IMG/VR virus record: IMGVR_UViG_3300021368_000782
Location: 1-61,454 of that record
From: a virus
Lineage: Duplodnaviria > Caudoviricetes
Length of the DNA stretch: 61,454 bases
Strand: one strand, 5' to 3'
Part shown: positions 16,531 through 27,309 of the stretch, in pieces
Numbering within the stretch: position 1 is the first letter of the stretch
Layout: every line of letters starts with the position of its first letter
Notes under the pieces: model-generated
The model's database searches: none
The model's input: only the letters and a program-made list of their open reading frames with translations
Told to the model about the DNA's origin: nothing
Made by a program: the position numbers and the translations under genes

Positions 16531-16758
16531 ATGAATCTAAAAGTAATACAACTGAATACAGGAGACTATATTATCGCTGATGTTGAGGAACTCGAAGAAG
16601 AACCTTCTTGTTACCTCAAGAACTGTTATCAGATCATTGATGGTAAACTACATGAATGGCCTAAGTACAGTTCTGAACGTGAAGCATTGATCTTCTCTGA
16701 TAGAATCGTAACCATATCCGAACCCCACCCTGATATCGTCAAACAACTGCCTTCATGA
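16531..16758 (+). CDS. hypothetical protein (Sm-like, upstream of gp43)
   Basis: 75 aa ORF coupled to gp43. Confidence 0.75.
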   Translation: MNLKVIQLNTGDYIIADVEELEEEPSCYLKNCYQIIDGKLHEWPKYSSEREALIFSDRIVTISEPHPDIVKQLPS

Positions 16759-19244
16759 AGTTCTACACTAACGTCCAACTTGTCGGAAACACTATCCTCT
16801 ATCGTGGATATGAGTATGGGGAACGTGTAATTCATCGTGACTCTTTTTCTCCGACGTTGTTCGTAACCGCTAACAAGGAAACGAAACACAAAACTCTGGA
16901 TGGTAAGAATGTAAAACCGATCAAATTTGAATCTGTTCGTGAAGCAAGAGACTTCATGAAACGGTATGATGGTGTTCAAGACTTTGATGTCTTTGGATAC
17001 GAACGCTTTTTGTATCAGTATATGTCTGACAAGTTTCCTCAAGAGGAGATGAAGTTTGATATGTCTGTGATGAATATCATGTCTCTTGATATTGAGGTTG
17101 AGTCCGAGAACGGATTCCCTAATGTTGAAGATGTTGCTGAGAAAGTTCTTTGTATCACTGTCAAAGATTTCAACTCAAAGCAACTGATCACTTGGGGTGT
17201 TCGTGAGTATGATAACAAGAGAGATGATGTAAACTATATTTGTTGTGATAATGAAAGGGATCTTCTGCTGAAGTTCCTTGACTATTGGGTTCAGAACACA
17301 CCTGATGTCATCACTGGTTGGAATGTATATCTTTATGACATTCCATACCTTGCTCGTCGTATTGACCGTATCCTTGGTGAGAAATACAAGAAGTCTCTGT
17401 CTCCTTGGAATCTAATTCAGGAACGTGAGATCTACATTCAGGGTCGTAAGAATCTTGCTTATGATCTTGCAGGTGTTTCTTGTCTCGACTATCTGGATCT
17501 TTATCGTAAGTTCACCTATACCAATCAGGAATCCTACCGTCTCGATCATATCGCTATGATCGAATTGGGTGAACAGAAACTAGATCACAGTGAGTTCGAG
17601 AACTTCAAAGACTTCTATACCTACAACTGGCAGAAGTTTATTGATTACAACATTCATGACGTAGAACTTGTTGACCGTATGGAAGACAAGATGCGACTGA
17701 TTGAATTGTGTCTGACGATGGCATATGATGCACGTCAGAACTATGAAGATGTTTATTCTCAGGTGAAGACTTGGGATAACATCATCTTCAATTTCTTGAG
17801 GAAGGACAATATTGTTGTTCCTCAGAAAACAAATCATAAGAAAGATTCCGCTTACGCTGGTGCTTATGTCAAGGAACCGATTCCTGGAAGCTATGATTGG
17901 GTGGTTAGTTTTGACCTTAACAGTCTTTATCCCCATCTTATTATGCAGTACAATATCTCGCCAGAGACCTTACAAGATACTCGACACGATTCAGCAACCG
18001 TCGAAAAGATATTGAGTAAACAGTGCATCATTCCTGGTCCGTATGCAGTTTGTGCGAACGGTGCCCAGTATCAGACTGATGTTCAGGGATTCCTTCCCAA
18101 ACTGATGTCTCAGATGTATAATGATCGTGTTGTTTTCAAGAAACGAATGCTTGCCGCAAAGCAAGCATACGAACACAAACCAACAAAAGAACTAGAAAAA
18201 GAGATTGCACGTTGCAACAATGTGCAGATGGCGAAGAAGATTTCTTTGAACTCTGCTTATGGTGCCATCGGTAATGAATACTTCAGGTATTTCAAACTTG
18301 CAAATGCAGAAGCAATCACTTTGTCTGGTCAGGTTTCAATTCGTTGGATTGAGAACAAGATGAATGAGTATCTAAATACTCTGTTGCAATCAAAGGACAT
18401 CGATTATGTTATCGCATCAGACACTGATTCGATCTATCTTAATCTCGGACCTCTTGTTACTAAATTTTTTAGTAATAAGTCTGACAATAAAACAGCAATT
18501 GTGGGGATACTTGACAAGATCTGTCAAGAAAAACTGGAACCTTTTATTGAGGGTTCATATCAAGAACTTGCAGATTACGTTTCGGCATTTGACCAAAAGA
18601 TGCAAATGAAACGTGAGAACATCGCTGACCGTGGTATCTGGACTGCAAAGAAAAGATACATTCTTAATGTATGGGACAGTGAAGGTGTTCGTTATGAAGA
18701 ACCCAAGATGAAAATCATGGGTCTTGAAACTGCAAGATCATCCACACCCGCTTTCTATCGAGACAAACTCAAGAAAGCATTCAAAATTATCATCAACAAA
18801 TCAAATGATGAACTGATCCAATTCATCGATGATGTAAAACAAGAAACCAGGAAGAGAGATGTCGCTGAGATTTCTTTCCCCCGTGGTTTGAATGGATTGT
18901 CTAAGTATGCATCCAGTTCTGATCTGTATGCTAAAGGAACTCCAATCCACGTTCGTGGTGCGATCCTATATAATCATCATGTCAAGAAGATGAAACTGGG
19001 TCACAAATATCCGATGATTCAGGAAGGTGAAAAAATCAAATTCTGTTATCTGAAGAAACCAAACCCGATCGGGGAAAACGTCATCGCTTATCTCCAGACG
19101 ATGCCGAAAGAATTTAATCTGGAGAAATACATCGACTACACCACACAGTTCGAGAAGAGTTTCCTAGAACCACTAAGAAACGTTGTTGAAACTATTGGTT
19201 GGCAAGTCGAAAGAAAAGGATCACTTGAAGCATTTTTTGTATAG
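16755..19244 (+). CDS. gp43: family B DNA polymerase
   Basis: SLDIE exonuclease motif, [24 protein letters not shown]. Confidence 0.98.
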   Translation: MKFYTNVQLVGNTILYRGYEYGERVIHRDSFSPTLFVTANKETKHKTLDGKNVKPIKFESVREARDFMKRYDGVQDFDVFGYERFLYQYMSDKFPQEEMKFDMSVMNIMSLDIEVESENGFPNVEDVAEKVLCITVKDFNSKQLITWGVREYDNKRDDVNYICCDNERDLLLKFLDYWVQNTPDVITGWNVYLYDIPYLARRIDRILGEKYKKSLSPWNLIQEREIYIQGRKNLAYDLAGVSCLDYLDLYRKFTYTNQESYRLDHIAMIELGEQKLDHSEFENFKDFYTYNWQKFIDYNIHDVELVDRMEDKMRLIELCLTMAYDARQNYEDVYSQVKTWDNIIFNFLRKDNIVVPQKTNHKKDSAYAGAYVKEPIPGSYDWVVSFDLNSLYPHLIMQYNISPETLQDTRHDSATVEKILSKQCIIPGPYAVCANGAQYQTDVQGFLPKLMSQMYNDRVVFKKRMLAAKQAYEHKPTKELEKEIARCNNVQMAKKISLNSAYGAIGNEYFRYFKLANAEAITLSGQVSIRWIENKMNEYLNTLLQSKDIDYVIASDTDSIYLNLGPLVTKFFSNKSDNKTAIVGILDKICQEKLEPFIEGSYQELADYVSAFDQKMQMKRENIADRGIWTAKKRYILNVWDSEGVRYEEPKMKIMGLETARSSTPAFYRDKLKKAFKIIINKSNDELIQFIDDVKQETRKRDVAEISFPRGLNGLSKYASSSDLYAKGTPIHVRGAILYNHHVKKMKLGHKYPMIQEGEKIKFCYLKKPNPIGENVIAYLQTMPKEFNLEKYIDYTTQFEKSFLEPLRNVVETIGWQVERKGSLEAFFV

Positions 19245-19249
19245 TAACT

Positions 19250-20269
19250 ATGTCATTTTTAAAATCTGTTATTTCGGAGTTGGACAATGAGTTTGCATCT
19301 GTTGCCGAAGACGGCATCGCCGCTGGGGATTGTGATTCGTTTGTGGACACTGGCGCTTACATCTTCAATGCTCTTGTGTCTGGCAGCATTTTTGGTGGTC
19401 TCCCATCAAACAAAATCACTGCACTCGCAGGAGAATCCAGTACAGGTAAAACCTTCTTTGCCCTAAGTATTGTCAAGTATTTCCTGCAACAGAATCCAAC
19501 TGGTCAGGTCATTTACTTTGAATCTGAATCTGCAATCACCAAGGGTATGCTTGCTGATCGTGGTATTGATGTCAAACGTATTGGTCTGGTTCCTGTCACC
19601 ACTGTTCAGGAGTTCAGGACTCAGGCAATCAAGGTTGTCGATGAGTACATGAAACTCAAGAAGAAGGACCGCCCACCCCTGATGTTTGTTCTTGACTCTC
19701 TTGGTATGCTATCTACCACTAAAGAGGTTGAGGACGCTACTGCGGGTAAGGAGACGCGAGATATGACCCGTGCCCAAGTGGTCAAGTCTATCTTCAGAAT
19801 CCTATCTTTGAAACTGGGTCAAGCTGGTATTCCCTTGATCGTTACCAACCATACCTATGATGTTGTGGGATCTTATATGCCACAGAAAGAAATGGGTGGT
19901 GGTTCTGGTCTTAAGTATGCCGCATCTACAATCATCTATCTGTCCAAATCTAAAGAGAAGGATGGTACAGAAGTTGTAGGTAATATCATCAAATGCAAAG
20001 CATTTAAATCACGATTCACAAAGGAGAACTCTCTTGTCGCAACACGTCTTTTTTATGACGAACGTGGACTTGACCGCTATTACGGATTACTGGAACTGGG
20101 TGAGAAGTATGGAGTCTTCGAGAAGTCAGGGAATCGCTACAAAATTGGTGAATCTTCTGTTTATCCTAAATCTATTCTCGCTGATCCAGAGAAGTACTTC
20201 ACGCCAGAAGTGATGCAAGCCCTTGACGAAGCTGCTAAGAAGGAGTATAGTTACGGTAGCTTTGAGTAA
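19250..20269 (+). CDS. uvsX: RecA-like recombinase
   Basis: [23 protein letters not shown]. Confidence 0.97.
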   Translation: MSFLKSVISELDNEFASVAEDGIAAGDCDSFVDTGAYIFNALVSGSIFGGLPSNKITALAGESSTGKTFFALSIVKYFLQQNPTGQVIYFESESAITKGMLADRGIDVKRIGLVPVTTVQEFRTQAIKVVDEYMKLKKKDRPPLMFVLDSLGMLSTTKEVEDATAGKETRDMTRAQVVKSIFRILSLKLGQAGIPLIVTNHTYDVVGSYMPQKEMGGGSGLKYAASTIIYLSKSKEKDGTEVVGNIIKCKAFKSRFTKENSLVATRLFYDERGLDRYYGLLELGEKYGVFEKSGNRYKIGESSVYPKSILADPEKYFTPEVMQALDEAAKKEYSYGSFE

Positions 20270-20271
20270 GT

Positions 20272-21642
20272 ATGAAGATTGAATCCAAGATTCTGTGTCA
20301 CCTTATCCATGATGAGAAGTATCTGAGGAAAGTTCTGCCTTTCCTCAAGGATGTATACTTCGAGAATCTCAGTGAGAAGATTATCTTTGAAGAGATTAAC
20401 AACTACATGAATGAGTATGACGGTGTTCCTAACAACAGCGTCCTCAAGATTGAACTTGAAAAGAGGAAAGACATTTCCGAAGATGTCTTCAAAGAATCTG
20501 TCACTATGTTGGATGGTCTTCGTATGGAGAAGACTGATCCACAGTGGTTACTTGACACTACAGAGAAGTGGTGTAAAGAAAGAGCAGTCTATCTTGCTCT
20601 GATTGAGTCTGTCAAGATCGCTGATGGTCGCGACAAGACTAAGAATCGTGATGCTATTCCATCCATTCTATCAGAAGCACTAGGAGTCTCATTCGATGAT
20701 CACATTGGTCACGACTATCTCTCGGATGTTGAGGAGAGATTCGAGTTCTATCACAAGAAAGAAGACAAAATTCCATTTGATCTGGACTTCTTCAACCGTA
20801 TCACAAAGGGTGGTCTTCCTAACAAAACTCTCAATATTGCTCTTGCAGGTACTGGCGTGGGTAAGTCTCTCTTTATGTGTCATTGTGCCGCTGCTGCTCT
20901 TAATCAAAGTAAAAACGTTCTCTATATCACGATGGAGATGTCTGAAGAGAAGATTGCTGAACGCATCGACTCCAATCTCCTGAACGTAAATATCAAAGAT
21001 CTGGTGGATCTTCCCAAACAGTTATTTGAAACTAAGGTGGAGAAAATTGCAAAGAAGACACAAGGAACTCTCATCATCAAAGAGTATCCCACTGCCTCCG
21101 CCCATTCGGGACACTTTGAATCGCTACTTAACGAACTATCTCTTAAGAAGGGTTTTTCGCCCGATATTATTTTCGTTGATTATCTCAACATTTGTTCTTC
21201 AAGTCGATTTAAAGGTACTATCGTTAATTCATACACCTTTGTCAAAGCTATTGCAGAAGAGCTTAGAGGTCTTGCTGTAAAATGTAATGTACCTATTGTA
21301 TCTGCAACACAAACAACTCGCTCTGGATATGGTAACTCTGATGTTGAACTCACTGACACTTCTGAATCTTTCGGTCTCCCTGCTACTGCTGATCTTATGT
21401 TTGCTTTGATCTCTACAGAAGAACTTGAAGACATGAATCAGATTATGGTCAAACAGTTGAAGAATAGATATAATGACCTCAACATGAACAAAAGGTTTGT
21501 GGTGGGTATTGACAGGTCGAAGATGAGGTTGTATAATGTAGAGGCCAGCGCCCAGGGTAACATCATTGACTCTGGTAGAGATTCCGAAACTATGGAATCT
21601 CTTGATAATAAAATTCGTAATTTTGAAGGTTTTAAAGTATGA
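20272..21642 (+). CDS. gp41: replicative helicase
   Basis: AGTGVGKS, IIKEYPT, VDYLNI, TSESFGLPATAD, KQLKNRY. Confidence 0.97.
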   Translation: MKIESKILCHLIHDEKYLRKVLPFLKDVYFENLSEKIIFEEINNYMNEYDGVPNNSVLKIELEKRKDISEDVFKESVTMLDGLRMEKTDPQWLLDTTEKWCKERAVYLALIESVKIADGRDKTKNRDAIPSILSEALGVSFDDHIGHDYLSDVEERFEFYHKKEDKIPFDLDFFNRITKGGLPNKTLNIALAGTGVGKSLFMCHCAAAALNQSKNVLYITMEMSEEKIAERIDSNLLNVNIKDLVDLPKQLFETKVEKIAKKTQGTLIIKEYPTASAHSGHFESLLNELSLKKGFSPDIIFVDYLNICSSSRFKGTIVNSYTFVKAIAEELRGLAVKCNVPIVSATQTTRSGYGNSDVELTDTSESFGLPATADLMFALISTEELEDMNQIMVKQLKNRYNDLNMNKRFVVGIDRSKMRLYNVEASAQGNIIDSGRDSETMESLDNKIRNFEGFKV

Positions 21643-22040
21643 TTGATCCTGCCAAGTATCTGGAGTTTGTAAATGCGGTTACGTCGGTACAAAGTAAAGA
21701 CCATGAAGCGTTTGTCTATCGCGTTCAGGAACTCGAAGGCCAAGGTTTTCATTCCGAGCGATTGCTTACTGCATCTGTAGGAATGTGTGCGGAAGCAGGT
21801 GAGTTTACTGAAGTCGTCAAAAAGATGGTCTTCCAAGGTAAACCTGTGAATGATGAAAACATGTTCCACCTTAAACGTGAACTGGGTGACATCATGTGGT
21901 ATGTTGCTCAAGCATGTATGGGTCTCGGTGTTTCACTAGATGAAATCATTGAGATGAATGTTGACAAACTCAAAGCACGTTATCCTGGTGGTGAATTTGA
22001 TGTTCACTACTCTGAGAATCGTCAGGAGGGTGACGTATGA
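21639..22040 (+). CDS. mazG: MazG pyrophosphatase
   Basis: EAGEFTEVVKK, ELGDIMWY, NVDKLKARYP. Confidence 0.94.
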   Translation: MIDPAKYLEFVNAVTSVQSKDHEAFVYRVQELEGQGFHSERLLTASVGMCAEAGEFTEVVKKMVFQGKPVNDENMFHLKRELGDIMWYVAQACMGLGVSLDEIIEMNVDKLKARYPGGEFDVHYSENRQEGDV

Positions 22041-23045
22041 ATCTCTTCGCACAAGCTCAACTCGACCTAGTAGATGCTTGGAACATGAGTTGGGAAGAGG
22101 GCATCCAGTTCATTATTGTTCTGGTTGGTCTATATTATGTCAAGAAAAGGATGGACTTGTATTTTGCTAAGAAGCAAGCAAGGACAACCATTTACAAAGT
22201 AAAAATTGTAGAGGAACAATGACTAAAAAACAATTCGTAAATTCTAAGGGTGACACTTGGGAATGGGAAGAAACTCCTGAGACTCAAGAAGCACTCAAAA
22301 AGATGTGGAAACATATTGCAGAACTTGAATTGAAAGCACCTGATTATGGAGTAGGAAAATGAAGGACGAACCAATTACAGTTGAAGACTATAAACTAGTC
22401 TCGGATGAGTTCTTTCAGAAGTACAACTATGTAGCAGATCGTCTTGGTCCTACAAAAAAAGCGGAAGACATTCTAAAAGTAATGGAATCGCTGAGTGGTG
22501 CAGTTATGAAAGAACGAGTAAAAGAAAAGGTCGGACCTTTCGGATTCAACAAAAAAACAGAAGACGATGACAGCACTGATTGAACCTACTGATCCTAGAT
22601 ACTTCAGACAAACCTCTAACAAACCATACGATCGTCACATCTACAAAGTTGTATTCAGAAACAAAGTATACAAGTTTGATAGTTGGGACGCAGCAATGGG
22701 TTGTTGGTTTGAGAAAAAAGACTTGGGTCAGTTCAAGACTATTGAAGTCTTAGATAGGAAAAAGAAACCATGAATGCTTATGCACTCGCTGCTTCTATTT
22801 TAGATGGAACATTCGATGAGGAATATCCTGTGATAGAAAACGAAGATAGATTCAAGAAGTTTACTTTTGGTGGTCGTGAAGTAACTCCTATCCATCTCCT
22901 CTTGCTCTTGAGTGAGATGGAAGGAGTCTATCAACATCTCAAGTATATGGGATTTGAGGAAGATATGAATAGTATGGAAGAGTTGAAAAAGAAATACTAT
23001 AAACTGTACTTCCAAAAGGTAAGGGAAGAAAAGGAATCTAAATAA
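22037..23045 (+). CDS. run of small hypothetical ORFs (22037-22222, 22219-22362, 22359-22583, 22567-22773, 22770-23045)
   Basis: Consecutive ORFs with ATGA or short overlaps. Confidence 0.65.
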
Positions 23046-23068
23046 GAGGGTAAGGACCCTCTTTTTTC

Positions 23069-24784
23069 ATGCCTGAAGCACTGGGAAAATTAACATACTC
23101 AACTCTTAAACGAAGAGCCGGAAGAACTGATAAATTCCTTGAGAAACTCAGGGAAGGGGAGGATTTTGTTTTTACTGACGGTACTGCATCAAAATTAGAT
23201 GGTGTCATTGTTGGTACTGGTACTGGAACCACATATACAAAAGATGATACCGAAACATTAAAAGTAATTTTTGATAATAACGATAAACTAACTTTAAAAT
23301 TAAAAGTTGGTGCTTCAACAAAAGCTTTTGGTACTCTTGCAAAAACAGCAGAATTTGGTGGACAATCTTCTAGTTCTTCTTCAGCAGCAGTTGGAGGAAA
23401 AGTAACTGAAGTTCTTAGTGAAATTGGATTTTGTTTTTACTATGCACTACAAGAAAATGGTCATTTAGATGATTACAATTTGGAAGTGTGGTCTACAGTA
23501 AATAATGTAGCTACATTTAAATCACTATGTTCGACATATAGTGGTGTTCCAAAAATGTTGAAGTTTCAATATAAAGATGTAAAAGATATTAATGCTAGAA
23601 TTGGAACCATGTATTCCTTTTTGAAGGATCATGGTTGGGATGAAGTCTTAAGAACTCAGGTAAGTGCCTTTAAAAGGAAATATCCATCTGTAAATTCTAG
23701 TTATTATCTTGCTAGACCTTCTGCAATACCAGATGCATTCAATCCGTATTCTACATATAGATTGATTAGTGGTACTGTGAAAGACTATGCAGGATTGTCT
23801 AGAGCTATTGGCGAAGATAAATGGAATCCAGCTGATTTCTGGATCTTCAATGATAAAGGTATAAGATTTATGCGTCAGTGGAATGATAAATCGAAACGAC
23901 TAAGAAGTTTGAGGACAGAGAACTATAGCGTTAGTTATATGAATCTTGTTAATAAACAATTAATTAATTTGTATAGACAAGGTTTAGTATATCCAGTTTC
24001 TCTGAAGAGAACATCTGGCACTCCGAATATCAAGGAAATTAATAGTGGAAGAGATGAGATATCTCAAATTGTGGAGTATGATAGAGTCGAACTTTCAAAT
24101 ACAAATTTGGATGTTCAGATTTATTTCACTGTTAAAACTTATGAAGAGAGATCTTTAATATCTACCAAAAATTTGAAAGCAAAAATGAAAACCAAAGCAG
24201 GTGGTTTTCGACTTGAATTAGAGGAAGCTGCTGGTGGTTCTGCAAGACATGGATCTATTGGTATGGGATTGCAGGAATTTATTATCAAAGACACATCTGA
24301 TCAAGGAATTAAAAGACTGGATGATATCAGGGGAGACGCAAAGTATAATAATATAAGAAATGAATTCCCAACCAGAGGTAATAGACACTGGTTGGGGACA
24401 ACTGACTATATTTCATCTAGAAATATTGAAACACTGATTCCGTATTTAAGTGAATTGATGTCTGAAGTTAATTCTACTGGAGCCGATATTGGTGCATTTA
24501 CTAATAAGTATTCTGGATCTGAACAAATTGGAACAAAGATTGGCGCTGCAGAACTTGCAGTATCAATCGCCAAAATTGTGAATAGATATTCTAGAGATAT
24601 TGTTATGGAAAATTTATACAATGCAGCTGGATCACAGGGTATTGCAGCTGGTGTATCTCAGTCACAATTAGATAGGAGAAGACAACTATTGGGAATGTCG
24701 GAAGACGATGTTATCACAATTGTTAACGATACAAAGGCACTGAACGCAGTCTTTCAGGCTGGGTTCCATTTAAAAATTATGTGA
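23069..24784 (+). CDS. large hypothetical protein, possible PD-(D/E)XK nuclease fold
   Basis: 571 aa; SE...DKWNPADFW...YPVSLK pattern; TAAATA upstream. Confidence 0.6.
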   Translation: MPEALGKLTYSTLKRRAGRTDKFLEKLREGEDFVFTDGTASKLDGVIVGTGTGTTYTKDDTETLKVIFDNNDKLTLKLKVGASTKAFGTLAKTAEFGGQSSSSSSAAVGGKVTEVLSEIGFCFYYALQENGHLDDYNLEVWSTVNNVATFKSLCSTYSGVPKMLKFQYKDVKDINARIGTMYSFLKDHGWDEVLRTQVSAFKRKYPSVNSSYYLARPSAIPDAFNPYSTYRLISGTVKDYAGLSRAIGEDKWNPADFWIFNDKGIRFMRQWNDKSKRLRSLRTENYSVSYMNLVNKQLINLYRQGLVYPVSLKRTSGTPNIKEINSGRDEISQIVEYDRVELSNTNLDVQIYFTVKTYEERSLISTKNLKAKMKTKAGGFRLELEEAAGGSARHGSIGMGLQEFIIKDTSDQGIKRLDDIRGDAKYNNIRNEFPTRGNRHWLGTTDYISSRNIETLIPYLSELMSEVNSTGADIGAFTNKYSGSEQIGTKIGAAELAVSIAKIVNRYSRDIVMENLYNAAGSQGIAAGVSQSQLDRRRQLLGMSEDDVITIVNDTKALNAVFQAGFHLKIM

Positions 24785-24821
24785 CCTTGACAAAACGCTA
24801 AAAGTCTGGTAGGATACAGTC

Positions 24822-26012
24822 ATGGCAAAAAACACTCACCTCGAACACTTAGAAGACGACATCCTCAACAATGGTAGTGAGGGTGGTAAAGCTGCTGTCG
24901 CTTTCTTGAGATCTCTTGGGGACATGCTATCTCAGGGTGACGGTAGGATGAAAGTTACTACTAAATGGGATGGAGCTCCTGCTATTATATGTGGGACTGA
25001 CCCAACAGCTAATGTATTTTTCGTTGGTAATAAATCTGTTTTTGCAAAAACATCACCTAAAGTTTGTTATAATGATGCAATCGTAGACAAGTATTATCCC
25101 GCTAGTGGATTGAATTCCATCTTAAAAGATTGTTTGAAGTATCTTTCAAAATTGAATATCGAAGGTGTAATTCAAGGAGACTTACTTTTTACTGAAAATA
25201 CAAAAACAATTGCTACTATTGGCGGAAAACGCTGTGTAGTATTTCAACCAAACACTATTACATATGCAATCCCGCTTGATACAGAACTTGGTCAACGTGT
25301 TAACTCTTCTAAAATTGGCATTGTTTTCCATACCACTTATAATGGTTCTTCTCTTCAAGGGATGTCTGCAGGATTTGGTGTCGATGTATCTCCGTATCAG
25401 GGACATGATGATATTGCTGTGTTCTCTTCCGACTTCAGTGACGCAAGTGGTTCTGCAAATTTCAATATGGCGGAACTGAGAACTTTTAACATGTCTATCA
25501 ATAAGGCAGAAGGTTCTCTGAAACAAGCATCTAGATTCCTGGATGCAATGGCTGGTACTGATCGCTATTCTTTCAACGTTATCTTCAAACAGTTTTTCAA
25601 TACTTATATTCGCGCTGGTAGGTCTATTCCTTCTGTTAATACTGTGGTTGCAGATTTTGCTGCATACTATGAAAAACTCATGGACACTGAGATCCAGAAG
25701 AAGAAAACTGACTCTGCAAAGAACAAGTGGATCAAAGTTAAAACAGATGGTTTGAAGTTTATCGCTGCAAACAAACAGTCTATCTACATGACTGCTGCAT
25801 CTTATAAGAACTTGACTGCAGCAAAACTGATTGTGATCCGCAAACTAGAGAAAGTCAAGGACATTGGTACGTTCTTGAAGGACGGAAATGGATATAAAGT
25901 TACCGCACCAGAAGGTTTCGTTGCGATTAAATCTGGTCGTGCTATGAAATTAGTTGATAGACTTGAGTTCTCGGTTGCGAACTTCACGGTGGACAAAAAT
26001 TGGGACAAATAA
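24822..26012 (+). CDS. conserved T4-like hypothetical protein
   Basis: MAKNTHLEHLED, TTKWDGAP, PEGFV, KLVDRLEFS; promoter TTGACA-N17-TAGGAT at 24787. Confidence 0.8.
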   Translation: MAKNTHLEHLEDDILNNGSEGGKAAVAFLRSLGDMLSQGDGRMKVTTKWDGAPAIICGTDPTANVFFVGNKSVFAKTSPKVCYNDAIVDKYYPASGLNSILKDCLKYLSKLNIEGVIQGDLLFTENTKTIATIGGKRCVVFQPNTITYAIPLDTELGQRVNSSKIGIVFHTTYNGSSLQGMSAGFGVDVSPYQGHDDIAVFSSDFSDASGSANFNMAELRTFNMSINKAEGSLKQASRFLDAMAGTDRYSFNVIFKQFFNTYIRAGRSIPSVNTVVADFAAYYEKLMDTEIQKKKTDSAKNKWIKVKTDGLKFIAANKQSIYMTAASYKNLTAAKLIVIRKLEKVKDIGTFLKDGNGYKVTAPEGFVAIKSGRAMKLVDRLEFSVANFTVDKNWDK

Positions 26013-26043
26013 ATAATATGGTAGAAACCATTTGAGGTTTTGG

Positions 26044-27309
26044 ATGAAGTCGTTTAGCAATTTTTTCGGTGAGGCTCGTACCAAAGCAGGAAAGGAAGCT
26101 GAGAAGAAGGGTTTAGTTCACACAGGTAAAGGATATTACGCCGATAAGAATGGTGCTATTGTCGCCAAAGCTGAAGGTGGTGAAAGACTAGTCAATCTTT
26201 CTGCGAAAGAAAAAGCAAGTCTAAAGAACGGATCTCCTTTGATGCCTCCGCAATCTGCTGCGGATGTAGAAACGATGCAACAGATGGCGTCTGGTCTTCA
26301 GTCAGTGAAGGGTGGACAAGAACAACCTGCAGCCGAAGAAGAACCCAAAGCGGAAAAAGAAAAAGGTGATGAGGAAGAAGCACTAGTACCTCGTAATGAG
26401 GGTGGTGGTGAAATCGTCATTACTTTTGGTCGCTTCAATCCACCTCACGTTGGACATGAAAAACTCATCAATAGAGTTGCTGATGAAGCACATTCTAGTG
26501 GTGCAGACTATATGATCTACCCAAGTCATTCAAACGATCCTAAAAAGAATCCTCTGGATTTTGGAACTAAGTTGAATGCCATGCAACACATGTTCCCTAG
26601 TCACGCTTCTAACATTGCAAATGATCCGCAAAACGGAAGAAACATTTTTGATGTTCTGAAGAATCTACATGCACAGGGATATGATAATGTGAAGGTTGTC
26701 GTTGGTGATGACCGTGTAAAAGAGTTTACGAATATGACTTCCAAATATAATGGGAAGACATACAACTTTGGTAAACTTGACGTTGTAAGTGCTGGAGAAA
26801 GAGATCCTGATTCTGATGATGTAGAAGGTATGTCTGCATCTAAGATGAGAAAAGCGGCAATGGAAAATGACTATGACGCTTTTAAGAAAGGTCTACCTAA
26901 AGATATGGCATCGAAGGAAGCAAAAGCAATCTACATGCAGTTGCGTCGTTCAATGAATATCGATGAACAAACTTGGGAAGTTGCTCCTAAGTTGGAGGAA
27001 GAAAATCTCCGCGAAGCATATCGCAACGGTGAAATCTTCAATGTAAATGACATTGTAGAGAACCTCAACACTGGTGTAATCGGCAGAATTATTACCCGTG
27101 GTACAAACTATGTCATCGTAGTTGATGAGGAAAACAGAGTCTTCCGCAACTGGATCAAAGATCTTATGGAAGTCCATTGGGAGATCGGTACTGATGAATA
27201 CCGCAATGCAGTGATGGCATTGACTCCTGGTCAACCTGTGGTTGATTTTACAAAAAACAAAATCACACTAAATAGTAAAAAAACGAGCAAAAAGAATGGA
27301 CTTAAATAA
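26044..27309 (+). CDS. cytidylyltransferase-like (HIGH-motif) protein
   Basis: TFGRFNPPHVGH, KNPL, VVGDDR, GMSASKMR. Confidence 0.85.
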   Translation: MKSFSNFFGEARTKAGKEAEKKGLVHTGKGYYADKNGAIVAKAEGGERLVNLSAKEKASLKNGSPLMPPQSAADVETMQQMASGLQSVKGGQEQPAAEEEPKAEKEKGDEEEALVPRNEGGGEIVITFGRFNPPHVGHEKLINRVADEAHSSGADYMIYPSHSNDPKKNPLDFGTKLNAMQHMFPSHASNIANDPQNGRNIFDVLKNLHAQGYDNVKVVVGDDRVKEFTNMTSKYNGKTYNFGKLDVVSAGERDPDSDDVEGMSASKMRKAAMENDYDAFKKGLPKDMASKEAKAIYMQLRRSMNIDEQTWEVAPKLEEENLREAYRNGEIFNVNDIVENLNTGVIGRIITRGTNYVIVVDEENRVFRNWIKDLMEVHWEIGTDEYRNAVMALTPGQPVVDFTKNKITLNSKKTSKKNGLK

